Positions 23,368-34,405 are shown, counted from the first letter of the stretch. The stretch: 64,000 nt of DNA from Candidatus Spongiisociaceae bacterium (GCA_965262915.1 OZ253564.1:2336001-2400000); one strand, 5' to 3'. Translations and numbers: made by a program. The notes: generated from the sequence alone by a model not told the origin.

Positions 23368-25089
23368 ATGCAACACGAAGCTCCACTTCTGGACGACAAG
23401 CCCCCCACCTCCTGGCGATCACGCCTTGACTACGCCCTGTTGGGGGTGGTCGCTACCGGCGCCGCACTGGCCTCTTCCGAACTGATCGCCGGCATCTTCC
23501 TGTCGGCCCCGTCCCTGATCCGTTCCATCGGCCAGTGGGTCATCGACATCACGCCGGCCCCGGTGGAGGACTGGGCGATCTCCACCTTCGGTACCAATGA
23601 CAAGTTGGCGCTCATAACCGGCATCGTCGTGGTGTCCCTCGCCATCGGAACTCTGCTCGGTCTAGTCGCCAGGAACCGGCCGGCCGCCGCTGCGGCCGGA
23701 TTCGTGGTGTTCGGAGTGGTCGGGTACGTGGCGGGGCTGACGGATCCGCTTGCCGGGGCGGCTCTCACCCTGGTGGCCGCTGCGGTCGCCGCCGCAGCGG
23801 GAGTCGGCATCCTTCTCGGGCTCCGATCGGTGCTGCAGCGATCCTCCTCCGCGGCCGGTTGGACGCCCGCCGGGTCGCGGCGTGTCTTCCTTACGGCGGC
23901 GGCCGCAACCGTAGTTGCTGCAGTCGGTGAGGTTTTTCTAGGGCGTTACCTCGCCAACCGGACTCAGGCTGCCGTGGCGGGCCGGGAACAGGTAATCCTC
24001 CCCTCTGCCTCACAGTCCCAGCCCGCCACGACGACGACCGCTGCGGCGGCCGTGGCCGACACGCCTGACACCACAGCGACCGTTGCCGAGACCCCCGAGA
24101 CCGCCGAGGCCGTCGAGACCGTTGCGAGCGGTGTTGCGACCGAACCCGATCCGCAGCAGGCGGTCTCCGGGGTCCCGGATCCGACCCCTGCCCAGATCGC
24201 CCCGGTCGACGCCGTGTCGGAGTTGATCACCCCCAACGACGAGTTCTACATAATCGACACCGCCCTCAGCGTTCCCCGGGTCGATCTCGAAACCTGGACC
24301 CTCTCCTTCACGGGTCTGGCGGACACACCCTTCAGCATCACCTACGACGAACTGCTGGCCATGCCGATGGTGGAGCGCTACGTCACGCTGTGCTGCGTGT
24401 CGAACCGGGTAGGCGGCGGCCTGGTAGGCAACGCCAAGTGGCTGGGGGTTCCCCTGCGGGAACTCGTCGAGCGGGTCGGTGTCAGGCCCGAGGGCACGCA
24501 GCTAATCGGCAGGTCGGTCGACGAGTTCACGGTCGGCTTCCCCACCAGCGCGGTGTTCGACGGTCGGGAGGCGCTGGTGGCGGTCGGGATGAACGGCGAG
24601 CCGCTGCCGCTCAAGCACGGGTTCCCGGCCCGGCTGGTCGTTTCGGGCCTGTACGGTTACGTCTCGGCTACCAAGTGGCTGGCGGAGGTCGAGTTCGCCG
24701 GATGGGACGACTTCGATGCCTACTGGGTCCCGAGAGGGTGGGCCAAGGAGGCGCCGATAAAGACCCAATCGCGGATCGACACCCCCCAACCGGGGAGAAT
24801 CACCGCCGGCGCGAACGTCATCGCCGGGGTCGCATGGGCCCAAAGCCGGGGGATCGAGAGGGTGGAGATCCAGGTCGACGAGGGTCCCTGGATGGAGGCG
24901 GCCCTACCGGAGGAGTTGTCGATCGACTCGTGGCGGCAGTGGTACCTGCAACATGACTTCGCTCCCGGTTCCCATGTGATCTCTGTGAGAGCTACCGACG
25001 CAACCGGCGCGACCCAGACCGCAGAGGTACAGGATCCCCGGCCCGATGGGGCAACCGGCTACCACATGGTCCGTGTGAATGCCGCCTGA
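23368..25089 (+). CDS. Membrane-bound molybdopterin oxidoreductase (sulfite oxidase family)
   Basis: N-terminal TM helices, internal [47 protein letters not shown]. Confidence 0.9.
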   Translation: MQHEAPLLDDKPPTSWRSRLDYALLGVVATGAALASSELIAGIFLSAPSLIRSIGQWVIDITPAPVEDWAISTFGTNDKLALITGIVVVSLAIGTLLGLVARNRPAAAAAGFVVFGVVGYVAGLTDPLAGAALTLVAAAVAAAAGVGILLGLRSVLQRSSSAAGWTPAGSRRVFLTAAAATVVAAVGEVFLGRYLANRTQAAVAGREQVILPSASQSQPATTTTAAAAVADTPDTTATVAETPETAEAVETVASGVATEPDPQQAVSGVPDPTPAQIAPVDAVSELITPNDEFYIIDTALSVPRVDLETWTLSFTGLADTPFSITYDELLAMPMVERYVTLCCVSNRVGGGLVGNAKWLGVPLRELVERVGVRPEGTQLIGRSVDEFTVGFPTSAVFDGREALVAVGMNGEPLPLKHGFPARLVVSGLYGYVSATKWLAEVEFAGWDDFDAYWVPRGWAKEAPIKTQSRIDTPQPGRITAGANVIAGVAWAQSRGIERVEIQVDEGPWMEAALPEELSIDSWRQWYLQHDFAPGSHVISVRATDATGATQTAEVQDPRPDGATGYHMVRVNAA

Positions 25090-25774
25090 CCGAACGCGGA
25101 CCCTCTAACCCTGAATCCACCGATGGGGAGGGCGCAGCGGACATGGAGATATGGTGGAAATGCCTCCTGATCTGCGGCGATAGCTATTGGTAAGGATGGT
25201 TCGGTCCTGGGAAGAGGAGCAACTTCCTGTGAGTGGTGGATCCCGGAGATCGCCCTGGTCAGGATTGGTTTTCGGAATATGAATCGGTGGATTCAGGCTA
25301 ACGCAGTACATCCCGACCGCCAAAACAGTGGCGGTCCCAAATAGGTGCCCGCGTCAGAACCGCCAGGTCGCGAAAAACGCCGCTACGATCTCTCCGCAGG
25401 GCCCCCCCACCGTTCCTGGGGTCGGAGCGCGTTGTTCCCGCCTGGGCCGGTCTACCTGGCTCCGAGATCGTTTTTCCCTCGGGCGGTCGAATGACGTCCG
25501 TTCGTACCGCGCGGGTGCTTGGTACTTCCCATAGTGCAACACGGCTGTGACAACTTCAACCCCCTCGTCGGCCGTCATCTTGGTGAGCAGGAGTTGCATG
25601 CGCCCGCCCACCTGCTCTGCGGGTGGCTTCTTCGGCCGGCTGGATTTGGCTCCTCTGGGTGAGTGGTTCGGGGTCTTGCTTCTTGGGTGAGCGTTCCCCG
25701 GGTAGCGTGCAGCGGGGAGCACCATGTCCTGTCGTCAGCCAGGCACGGGGGGACGGAGGAGAGTAGAGATCACC

Positions 25775-26872
25775 ATGGCGGGTTCAGGGGCCGTGCGGGT
25801 GAGGATCGTTGCTGGTGCGGTCGCTATGGCCCTGGTGGTCTCGTATCTCCTGTGGCTGCGGGCCCGTGACGAGGTCATCGAGCCAACCACCATGATTACC
25901 TGCCCAACCCGAACCGTCCCCACCATCACAGCCGGCTCGGGGCCTACCGGTGGTCGCATCGTTTACGAGAGTCATCGCGACGGCGACAGCGAGGTCTACG
26001 TCCTCGACCTGGACTCCCGAACCGAACAGCAAGTGACCAACAACATCCACTTCGACAGGGGTCCGCGGTGGGCGCCCGACGGTTCCCGCATCGCATACCT
26101 GAGCGACCGTGACGGCGACTCCGAGGTCTACGTCCTCGACCTGGACTCCCGAACCGAACAGCAAGTGACCAACAACACCCACTTCGACAGGGGTCCGCGG
26201 TGGGCGCCCGACGGTTCCCGCATCGCATACCTGAGCGACCGTGACGGCGACTTCGAGGTCTACGTCCTCGATCTGGAAGGCGGGACGGAACATCGAGTGA
26301 CCGACAACACAGCCGACGATCATTCCCCGGATTGGTCACCGGACGGTTCCCGCATCGTCTACACCAGCGACCGTGACGGGGATTTCGAGATCTACATCCT
26401 CGACCTAGCCGGCGGGAAAGAACGACAACTCACCGACAACACGGCGGACGATTGGTGGCCGCTGTGGTCACCGGACGGTTCCCGTATCGCATACGCCAGT
26501 GACCGTGACGGTGACCAGGAGATCTACATCCTCGACCTGAACACCGGGACCCTACGACAGATCACCCACAACACCCGCCTCGATTGGTGGCATCTGTGGT
26601 CACCCGACGGCACCTGCATCGTTTACGCCAGTGACCGTGACGGTGACCAGGAGATCTACATCCTCGATCTTGACACAGGCGTCGAACAACAACTCACCAA
26701 CAACACCCACGACGACGAACGCCCGGTTTGGTCACCGGACGGCACCCGCATTGCCTACGAAACCGACCGCGACGGCAACTGGGACGTATATGTCCGCGAC
26801 CTGGAAGGCGGGACGGAACAGAAAGTCACGAACAATCCGGGCGGAGTCGTGGGGTTGCAATGGTCTCCTTAG
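25775..26872 (+). CDS. Membrane-anchored TolB-like (PD40) beta-propeller protein
   Basis: One TM anchor, then seven 44-aa repeats WSPDG.RI.Y.SDRDGD.EIY.LDL. Confidence 0.9.
   Translation: MAGSGAVRVRIVAGAVAMALVVSYLLWLRARDEVIEPTTMITCPTRTVPTITAGSGPTGGRIVYESHRDGDSEVYVLDLDSRTEQQVTNNIHFDRGPRWAPDGSRIAYLSDRDGDSEVYVLDLDSRTEQQVTNNTHFDRGPRWAPDGSRIAYLSDRDGDFEVYVLDLEGGTEHRVTDNTADDHSPDWSPDGSRIVYTSDRDGDFEIYILDLAGGKERQLTDNTADDWWPLWSPDGSRIAYASDRDGDQEIYILDLNTGTLRQITHNTRLDWWHLWSPDGTCIVYASDRDGDQEIYILDLDTGVEQQLTNNTHDDERPVWSPDGTRIAYETDRDGNWDVYVRDLEGGTEQKVTNNPGGVVGLQWSP
25975..26869 (+). repeat. 132-bp tandem blade repeats; the first two are nearly identical
   Basis: GAGGTCTACGTCCTCGA recurs at 25991, 26123 and 26255. 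Confidence 0.9.
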
Positions 26873-27194
26873 GCAACATAGGGGTGGGGCGAGGGTTCCT
26901 CTCCGCCACCTCCGTCAGAGTTCGCGGGAGTCGCGTACCAATACAGACAGAGGTCGGAAAGTGTCGGCACTCCGACCCTTGATCCGGCGAGACAAGCCGC
27001 GCATCCGCCGCGCGCTGACCAGCGTCCGACAACGAGGTGCTATACCAGCAGGCGTTGGCCGGAAAGGCATCAACCTGGCCCTACCAGGTGCTACGAGAAC
27101 CCGCCTTCTGAGTCGTGAAGTTGGCATGCATTCACAGCATTTTCCCCCGGCACGCCCTCAGATCGAGCGTCGGTTGCGTCTCTCGGAAGTACAG

Positions 27195-27938
27195 CTAGCG
27201 GCTAGCGAGTGACTCGAGGATCCCGTCGGGTATGTCGAAGTTTCCGTAGACCTCCTGCACGTCGTTGAGATCGTCCAGGGAGTCGACCAGGCGCAGGACA
27301 CGGGAGGCTTTGCGGGCGTCGAGTTCGACGGTGGTGGAAGGAAGCCGGGTGACCTCGGCGGACTGTACGGCGAGGTCGGCTTCGGCCAGTGCCTCCCGCA
27401 CCGCGGCGAAGTCGCCGGGCGCAGTGATCACCTCGAACTGGTCGCCGCTCGGGCGAATGTCCTCGGCGCCGGATTCGAGCACAGCTAGAAAGATGTCGTC
27501 CTCATCACCTTCGACGAGAAGGTAACCCTTCTGGTCGAACAGGTAACCCACTGAGCCGGGTTCACCCAGGCTGCCGCCGTTCCTGGTGAAGGCGGACCGC
27601 ACATCGGATGCCGCACGGTTCCGGTTGTCGGTGACCACCTGGACGAGGAGCGCCACTCCCCCGGGCGCGTATCCTTCGTAGTAGATGGTGTCGAGCCGTT
27701 CTGCGACGAGTTCCCCGGTGCCCCGCTTGATGGCCCTTTCGATGTTGTCCTTGGGTACCGAAGAGGAGCGGGCCTTGTCGATGGCGCCCGCCAGGACGGC
27801 GTTGGCGGTCGGATCTCCGCCCCCCTGACGCGCGGCCGCCTCGACCGCCCGGCACAGTTTGGCGAACAGGTTCCCCCGGGCGGCGTCCTGGCGGCCTTTC
27901 CGGTGCTTGATGTTGGCCCACTTGGAATGGCCCGCCAT
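27195..27938 (-). CDS. yebC: YebC/PmpR family protein
   Basis: MAGHSKWANIKHRK, YEGYAPGGVA, TDNRNR, DVQEVY.N. Confidence 0.96.
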   Translation of the reverse strand: MAGHSKWANIKHRKGRQDAARGNLFAKLCRAVEAAARQGGGDPTANAVLAGAIDKARSSSVPKDNIERAIKRGTGELVAERLDTIYYEGYAPGGVALLVQVVTDNRNRAASDVRSAFTRNGGSLGEPGSVGYLFDQKGYLLVEGDEDDIFLAVLESGAEDIRPSGDQFEVITAPGDFAAVREALAEADLAVQSAEVTRLPSTTVELDARKASRVLRLVDSLDDLNDVQEVYGNFDIPDGILESLASR

Positions 27939-27971
27939 CACCGCCCTCCTGCCATCGGTCTCTCGTCTCCG

Positions 27972-28574
27972 TCAGCTGTCACCACCGTCGTTCCTCCCCA
28001 CCATCTCGAGGAGCATCCGGTGGAGCCGCAGATCCCCCGTCAACTCCGGGTGGAAGGCGGACGCCACCACGTTGCCCGTCCTCACCAGGACCGGACGGCC
28101 CTCGTGGCCGGCCAAGACCTCGATGTCCGATCCGATCGTCTCGACCAGAGGAGCTCGTATGAACACCGCACGGACGGCTTCGTCCCAGCCCTTGACCGCC
28201 AGGTCACACTCGAAGGATTCGTTCTGGCGTCCGAAAGCGTTCCGCTCCACCACCATGTCCAGGACGCCCAGTTGTGGCTGGGTGCCCTCGGTGATTCCCG
28301 AGGCGAGGAAGATCATGCCCGCGCAGGTTCCCAGGGTGGGCATCCCCGAGTCGATGTGCTTGCGCAGCGGGTCGATCAGCCCGTAGAGACCGGCGAGACG
28401 GCCGATGGTCGTGGACTCGCCGCCCGGGATGATGAGGGCATCGATGGCATCGAGGTCACCGGGCATGCGAACCTCGACCGCGGTGCCGCCTGCCTCCGCC
28501 ACCATCCGGATGTGCTCACGCACGTCTCCCTGCAGGGCGAGCACCCCGACGACCGGCGCCGGCGCTTCGGGCAC
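27972..28574 (-). CDS. pdxT: PLP synthase glutaminase subunit
   Basis: GVLALQGDVREH, PGGEST, GTCAGMI, RNAFGRQ, FIRAP, FHPE. Confidence 0.95.
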   Translation of the reverse strand: MPEAPAPVVGVLALQGDVREHIRMVAEAGGTAVEVRMPGDLDAIDALIIPGGESTTIGRLAGLYGLIDPLRKHIDSGMPTLGTCAGMIFLASGITEGTQPQLGVLDMVVERNAFGRQNESFECDLAVKGWDEAVRAVFIRAPLVETIGSDIEVLAGHEGRPVLVRTGNVVASAFHPELTGDLRLHRMLLEMVGRNDGGDS

Positions 28575-28579
28575 GGTTC

Positions 28580-29482
28580 CTACCAGCCCCGATCCTGCAT
28601 GCGCTGGGAGGCCGGGATGGTGTCGATCTCGATACCCACCATGGCCTCTCCCAGGTTGCGGGAGACCTTGGCGAGTATCTGGGCATCGTTGTAGAAGGTG
28701 GTGGCCTCGACGATGGCCCGCCCCCGCTCCGCCGGGTCGCCGCTCTTGAAGATCCCGGAACCTACGAACACCCCGTCGCAACCCAGTTGCATCATCATGG
28801 CCGCATCCGCCGGGGTGGCGATACCGCCGGCGGCGAAGTTCACCATCGGCAAGCGGCCGAGTTCGGCCACCTCGCGGAGCAACTCGACCGGAGCGTTGAG
28901 ATCCCGGGCGGCGGCCATGATCTGGTCGTCACCGGCGTGGGCGGCCCGCCTTATGTCGTTGTTCATGCGACGCATGTGGGTTACCGCCTCCACAACGTTG
29001 CCGGTACCGGGTTCGCCCTTGGTGCGGATCATCGCGGCGCCCTCGCCGATACGGCGCAGCGCCTCCCCCAGGTCCCGGGCCCCGCACACGAACGGGGTCG
29101 TGAAGGCCCACTTGTCGATGTGATGCTCGACATCGGCCGGGGTCAGCACCTCGGACTCGTCGATGTAGTCGACCCCCAGGCTCTGCAGTATCTGGGCCTC
29201 GACGAAGTGTCCGATCCGGGCCTTGGCCATCACCGGTATGGAGACGGCCTCCATGATCTCCTCCACCCGGGAAGGATCGGCCATGCGGGCCACGCCTCCG
29301 TGGGCCCGGATATCGGCCGGTACCCGTTCGAGGGCCATGACCGCCACCGCACCGGCCTCCTCGGCGATCCGGGCCTGCTCGGCCGTTACGACATCCATGA
29401 TGACGCCGCCCTTCAGCATCTCGGCCAGTCCCCGCTTTACGCGGGCCGTGCCGGTGGAGCGGCCCTTGGTCCCCTGTTCCAC
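28580..29482 (-). CDS. pdxS: PLP synthase lyase subunit
   Basis: [44 protein letters not shown]. Confidence 0.97.
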   Translation of the reverse strand: MEQGTKGRSTGTARVKRGLAEMLKGGVIMDVVTAEQARIAEEAGAVAVMALERVPADIRAHGGVARMADPSRVEEIMEAVSIPVMAKARIGHFVEAQILQSLGVDYIDESEVLTPADVEHHIDKWAFTTPFVCGARDLGEALRRIGEGAAMIRTKGEPGTGNVVEAVTHMRRMNNDIRRAAHAGDDQIMAAARDLNAPVELLREVAELGRLPMVNFAAGGIATPADAAMMMQLGCDGVFVGSGIFKSGDPAERGRAIVEATTFYNDAQILAKVSRNLGEAMVGIEIDTIPASQRMQDRGW

Positions 29483-29521
29483 GGCTCTTTTGTCCTTTCG
29501 ATGGTACCAGTTAGGCCCATT

Positions 29522-29549
29522 ATTCTACCGGGCCTCGCCCCCGATGCAA
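29522..29549 (-). promoter_or_regulatory. Putative housekeeping promoter of pdxS
   Basis: TTGCAT-N16-TAGAAT upstream of the start. Confidence 0.45.
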
Positions 29550-29673
29550 GACTTCGCCAACCCAACCACATCACCCCCAGGTCAACTCCGACCCCTAACC
29601 GACGCTTTCTGTACCGATGCTGGATCTACCCCGGGTCGCGGTGTTGGCCGCCGGGTGGATGATGCGGGGCGGT

Positions 29674-30651
29674 TCAGCCTTCTGGGCTGTCGGGGCCGCT
29701 GAGCAAGGCCATCTCCTCGGGTGTGAGGCATCCGAGCATCATGGCGACGATCGCCTGTTCCGCCGGCATGGCGGCGTCAGTGTCGCTCTCGTCAGTGTCG
29801 CCTTCGCCGGAGGGGATCTCGCTGAGGGCGTCGACTTGTTCCGCTACGCACGCGGCGCTCTCGGGTGAGACTCCCACCAGGATCAGTTGCGCTGCTGTGA
29901 GCCTTCCGGCCGGTGTGTCGGCTTGGGAAGCGCCGGTCTGAGGCAGGCATTCCGGCGGCAGCAGCAGATTGAGGACTGTCCCAAGCTCCCCGCCGAACAA
30001 CGCGATGTCTGCGGCGAGTCGGTCGGTCTCGGCGCTGGGGGCCGCTGCCTGCGCGCACTCCAGCAGCGCCGGTGGTACGTCGGGGAGTTCTTGCAGCGAC
30101 TCCAGGATGGTCTGTGTCCATGGCAGGCACCCTGCGGCAGCGTCGACGATCCGGTCACGTTCAGGGTTCGAAACGACACCGGCGGGCAGCACAGCGAAGG
30201 ACGGCTCGGCGAGCGCAGCGGCGAGCTCTGAGAGGCGTTCCTCTTCGAGAGCGTCGACTGTCGCGGAGGCCACGCACGCGATCTGTTCGTCGGTGACGCT
30301 TCCGGGGGCGTCCTCCGCCAAGCGGGCCGCGACGGCGAGTTCTGTTTCGGCGCGCAGCGGCGACGGCTCCCCAGCCACAGCGGTGGTGCTCGCCGGTGGT
30401 GCTGTGGTGGTGCTCGCCGGTGGTGCTGTGGTGGTGCTCGCCGGTGGTGCTGTGGTGGTGCTCGCCGGTGGTGCTGTGGTGGTGCTCTCCGGCGGTGCTG
30501 TGGTGGTGCTGGACACGGCCGCGGTGGTCGCTGGTTCGATCACCTCCAGCTGGGAGGTTTGCGTCGCGGGCGGTTGAGGCTCTGTGTCGCCCCCGCACGC
30601 GGAGACTGCAAGCATAGCGACAGCTACTACTGCGAGGAAGAAATTCTTCAT
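29674..30651 (-). CDS. Lipoprotein with Thr/Pro linker and Cys-pair helical repeats
   Basis: Lipobox VSAC; STTTAPP(A/E) repeats; ACVA..GCL motifs; TATGAT 6 nt before ATG. Confidence 0.8.
   Translation of the reverse strand: MKNFFLAVVAVAMLAVSACGGDTEPQPPATQTSQLEVIEPATTAAVSSTTTAPPESTTTAPPASTTTAPPASTTTAPPASTTTAPPASTTAVAGEPSPLRAETELAVAARLAEDAPGSVTDEQIACVASATVDALEEERLSELAAALAEPSFAVLPAGVVSNPERDRIVDAAAGCLPWTQTILESLQELPDVPPALLECAQAAAPSAETDRLAADIALFGGELGTVLNLLLPPECLPQTGASQADTPAGRLTAAQLILVGVSPESAACVAEQVDALSEIPSGEGDTDESDTDAAMPAEQAIVAMMLGCLTPEEMALLSGPDSPEG
30380..30512 (-). repeat. 24-bp tandem repeat, about 5 copies (STTTAPPA)
   Basis: GGTGGTGCTCGCCGGTGGTGCTGT units on the + strand. Confidence 0.9.
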
Positions 30652-31490
30652 ACCGGGATCATAGACACGAGCAGCGACGCGGGGAGGTGACCGTGGCGGT
30701 TAGCGGAATAGCGGCTCTCCCCCTCGACGAATCGAGAGGGTCGAGACCCTGACCCGTTTCCGTCCCAAACCGGCCGACTCCGGCCCGTGGACGTTAACCA
30801 TCGTAACGCAAGGGGCTAGGAGGCGATGTGCGGGCCGGGAGAACGTCGGCACGCACAGAAAGGCCGATGGCCGAACGGTTTGCAAGGCGGGATCAGGAAT
30901 CGACGTGCCGATCTGACGAGGCCCGCGGCGACCCGGGGCGCAATCCGACACGAGATGTGCCGGCCTATCCGCTGCCCGGTGGGCCGATAGTTTGCCTCCT
31001 TGTACCGACGGTTCCGTACACCACTGCAACTTACGGGGAAACCCATGCCTCGGTGGAAGTGGGTATGGCAGGTATCCCGCTGGGACCAAGCATCTGTACG
31101 TTGGCGATTGCCCATGGTCAGCGGATTGTCGGGTGCTGGTTGTGATGGTGATCGCCAAAGTATCTCCTGGGTTGACCATCGAAGTCTCGCCACCCTCCTG
31201 GAATCCGGCCGGGTGTGGCTGCCGGTATGTTTCTCCCCACACCGGGGGTGGTGCCCGGGACCTGCTTCAGGTAGATGTGGGGTCCTTGTTTCGGCAGGCT
31301 AGATGCGGTCGTAAGGCTCGATCTGACCCGCCTGGTCGATCAGTACCCGGCTCACGAGTGGGTTTCCGAGAACCAGCCGGTTCCGACGCCGGAGTATCTT
31401 GGCTAAGGTTTGAGTTGAGGAAACCGACTGATTGCACTCGTCGGTAGCAGGTGGATCGGAGGCAGTATTCCAGAGTCGCGCCCCATAGCT

Positions 31491-32177
31491 ATGCTGGTTG
31501 ACGGTGACAACGCGCAGCCATCCTTGATAGAGCATGTCCTTGCCGAGATCACAAAGTACGGGACAGTAACTACGCGACGGATCTACGGCGACTGGACCAC
31601 AGCACAGATGAGGGGATGGAAAGACTCGCTTCACACCTTTGCCATCCAACCCATCCAACAGTTCCGCTATACCGTCGGTAAGAACTCCACCGACAGCGCA
31701 TTGATAATCGATGCGATGGATCTACTCCATGCAGGAACGGTTGACGGCTTCTGTATAGTATCGAGTGATAGTGACTATACGAGGCTGGCTACAAGAATTC
31801 GTGAACAGGGCTTGTTTGTGATGGGTATAGGTCAGGCTCATACACCCGAGCCGTTTGTGAAGGCATGCGAGATATTCGTCCATACGGAAAACCTGGTTCG
31901 ACCGGCGCAACAAGAAACCCGTACCAAGGATATGGACAAGAAAGAGTGGATCCAGATAGCCGAGCGTGCTGTCGAGATGGCTACCCAGGATGATGGTTGG
32001 GCTTCCCTTGGGGAGGTCGGCGCCTACATACGTCAATTGGACCCTGCGTTCGACGTGCGCACCTATGGATACAAGCAACTATCGCTGCTGATCAAGTCTC
32101 GTCCTAAGCTATTCGAGACACGACAGTCGAAGACCGAGGGAGGGTCCTCACACATATACGTGAAACTCAACTCATGA
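31491..32177 (+). CDS. NYN (LabA/DUF88) domain protein with C-terminal LOTUS/OST-HTH
   Basis: LVDGDNA, RRIYGDW, GKNSTDSALIIDAMDLL, VSSDSDYTRLA; DDGWASLGEVG..FDVRTYGYKQLS. True start may lie slightly upstream. Confidence 0.92.
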   Translation: MLVDGDNAQPSLIEHVLAEITKYGTVTTRRIYGDWTTAQMRGWKDSLHTFAIQPIQQFRYTVGKNSTDSALIIDAMDLLHAGTVDGFCIVSSDSDYTRLATRIREQGLFVMGIGQAHTPEPFVKACEIFVHTENLVRPAQQETRTKDMDKKEWIQIAERAVEMATQDDGWASLGEVGAYIRQLDPAFDVRTYGYKQLSLLIKSRPKLFETRQSKTEGGSSHIYVKLNS

Positions 32178-32448
32178 AAGCCGTATCCCGGTTCTTCACT
32201 GAGGTGTTGCCTAAGTTAGTGACGCTTCACTCGCATACCTATCGCTTGTAACGACTCTCAAGTAGAAGCCACGGGGTGGGACCCGCCGGAGAGACAATCC
32301 GGTGAGTCGAGGTCCGGCCTAGACATTGATGGGAAAAAAAGGGTTCGCTGAGCGGCTACTGTCCCAGGATGATGACAGCGGGTGCCGTGAACGCGCGACT
32401 CACCCATCCTTGAGCACGCAACGCGTGTAGGGGTACCGCACCGGTGCT

Positions 32449-32483
32449 CACCGACCACCGACCACCGACTACCGGCCACTGAC
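32449..32483. repeat. Heptamer tandem repeat (CACCGAC-type) over the pimA stop
   Basis: CACCGAC x3, TACCGGC, CACTGAC. Confidence 0.7.
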
Positions 32484-33503
32484 CTTCCGGTAGAGCCCCG
32501 CGTAGCGGCCGGTCACCTTCTCCCAGTCGAACGCCCGGACGCGGACCGAGGCGGCCTCCGCCAGCCCGTTGCGTAGGTCCGGTTCGGTCAGGACCCGTAC
32601 CAGAGCGGCCGCCAAGCCGGCCCGGTCCCCGTTCCGGAACAGCAGGCCCGAACCGCCGAGCACATCCGAGAAGGCGTCGAGGTCGCTGGCCACCACCGCA
32701 CAGCCGGCCGCCATGCCCTCGGCGACCGTGATGCCGAAGCTCTCCCCTCCCCGGTTTGGCGCGCAGAACACGGCGCTGGTCGCCAGGGTCACCCGCTTGT
32801 CCTCCTCGGTCACCCGGCCCAGGTACCGCACGCCCTCCACCGGGGGGGTGTTCCCGCCTCCGATGATCGCCAGCGACGCTCCGGGTACCGCGGCACGCAC
32901 GTCCGGCCAGGCCGCCAGCAGCAGGTCGCGGCCCTTGCGCGGATCGGGACGGCCCACGAACGCCACCTGGCGGGGGTTCCTGCGGGCCGGAACCCGGAAC
33001 GAGCGGACGTCGATGGCGTTGGGAATCTCCTCGGGCCGGATGCCCAGCGGCTCGATCGCCCCCATGGCGGTCCGGCTCACCGTTGTGGCGAGCGAGCCGT
33101 GCAACACCCGGCGCAGCAAGCCCCTGGCCAGCCGGTAGGCCGTCCTGACCGTCTTCGAGGGGTCGGCGTGGAAGGTCACCACGGTGGGTTTCCCGCTGCG
33201 GAGGGCGGCCCACCCCACGATCGGTACGAACGGTTCGTGGACATGTACCACCTCGGCCGTCGAGACCGCCTCCCTGACCCGAGCGGCCACCCGCGGTGAG
33301 ATCGCCAGCGGGGCCCGAGAACGGTTGACCCGCACCCCTGTCCAGCTTCCCACGTCGATCCGGTCCGGTCCCTCCCCCGCGGCGGGCGCCACCGCGTAGG
33401 CGTCCTCGCCGATCCTGCGGAACTGCTCCACCAGGCCGATCACCTGCTGCTGCACCCCGCCGGGAACCTCGAGAGCGTACGGGGAGACGACGGCGATCCT
33501 CAT
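32469..33503 (-). CDS. pimA: GT4 phosphatidylinositol mannosyltransferase (PimA-like)
   Basis: MRIAVVSPY..PGGVQ, HVHEP, GR..PRKG, GESFGI..EGMAAG; follows pgsA-acyltransferase. Confidence 0.85.
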   Translation of the reverse strand: MRIAVVSPYALEVPGGVQQQVIGLVEQFRRIGEDAYAVAPAAGEGPDRIDVGSWTGVRVNRSRAPLAISPRVAARVREAVSTAEVVHVHEPFVPIVGWAALRSGKPTVVTFHADPSKTVRTAYRLARGLLRRVLHGSLATTVSRTAMGAIEPLGIRPEEIPNAIDVRSFRVPARRNPRQVAFVGRPDPRKGRDLLLAAWPDVRAAVPGASLAIIGGGNTPPVEGVRYLGRVTEEDKRVTLATSAVFCAPNRGGESFGITVAEGMAAGCAVVASDLDAFSDVLGGSGLLFRNGDRAGLAAALVRVLTEPDLRNGLAEAASVRVRAFDWEKVTGRYAGLYRKVSGR

Positions 33504-34405
33504 ACGCCCCCCCGTCGGGCGGCGAGGAACTCCCGGTCGGAGGGCCAGTTGGGTTGCACCAGGTGCCACTGGGTGGGCGCCTCCTCGATGAGTTGCTCGA
33601 ACCGACGGGCCAGTTCCTGGGTCATGACCGTCGCCCGGCCGGGTGTCCGGGCGGCGGGAACCTCGACGGGGGGAAGAAGAACCATCCGGTGCCCGCCTCC
33701 GGCCCTGAAATAGGATGCCCCCGGAAGCAGGACGGCGCCGGTCCGCAGGGCCAGCACCGCCGGTCCGGCCGGGAGCGTGGTTCGCTCGCCGAAGAACTCC
33801 ACCTCTATGCCTTTCGCGCCGATGTTCCGGTCCGCCACCAGCGCCACCAGCCCCCCCTCGCGGAGTGCGGTCAGCAGGGCCCGCATGGTGGAGATCCCTT
33901 CGGCCAGGATGACCTGGATCGAGAGTTGCGCCCTCATGTTCGTGAACCACTCGGCGAGCCGGCGGTTGGCCAGCGCCTCGGCCACCGCGGTGATGCGCAC
34001 GCCCGCATCCTCGGACAGTGTTCCGGCCATCTCCCAATTGCCTATGTGCGGCAGGGCCACGATCACGGCACGGTCCTCCTCCCGGGCAGCCCGCACGTGC
34101 TCCAACCCGATCAGGGTCACCCGGGAGCGCACCTCACCGAACCGGCGGGGACGGAACCAGAGCGTCTCGGCCCAGTACCGGCCGTAGGCGCTGAACATCT
34201 CCCGGGCGGCCAGTTCCACGGCCCGTCCGTCGGCCTCGCCGAGTACCCGCCGCATGTGCCGGATCGCCATGGCCTTACGGTCCCTGGCCCAGTGCCAGGC
34301 CAGGCGGCCGGCCCAGCTGCCCAGCCGGCGGATTACGGGTTCGGGGAAAGCGCTGATCAGGCCTGCACCGATCCGGTAGGCCAGGTAGGTGGAGCGGTCA
34401 CTCAC
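33500..34405 (-). CDS. patA: Phosphatidylinositol mannoside acyltransferase
   Basis: YGRYW.E, LPHIGNWE, LVADR, VEFFG..LPAGPA, QWHLVQPNW; synteny. Confidence 0.85.
   Translation of the reverse strand: MSDRSTYLAYRIGAGLISAFPEPVIRRLGSWAGRLAWHWARDRKAMAIRHMRRVLGEADGRAVELAAREMFSAYGRYWAETLWFRPRRFGEVRSRVTLIGLEHVRAAREEDRAVIVALPHIGNWEMAGTLSEDAGVRITAVAEALANRRLAEWFTNMRAQLSIQVILAEGISTMRALLTALREGGLVALVADRNIGAKGIEVEFFGERTTLPAGPAVLALRTGAVLLPGASYFRAGGGHRMVLLPPVEVPAARTPGRATVMTQELARRFEQLIEEAPTQWHLVQPNWPSDREFLAARRGGV

Noticed and set aside
25100-25720. ORFs and possible IS-end fragments between the MoCo and TolB-like genes
   Set aside because: No convincing protein motif or paired IR could be established by eye.
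30700-31480. Several 100-180 aa ORFs or an ncRNA upstream of the NYN gene
   Set aside because: No recognisable family or RNA motif; left unassigned.
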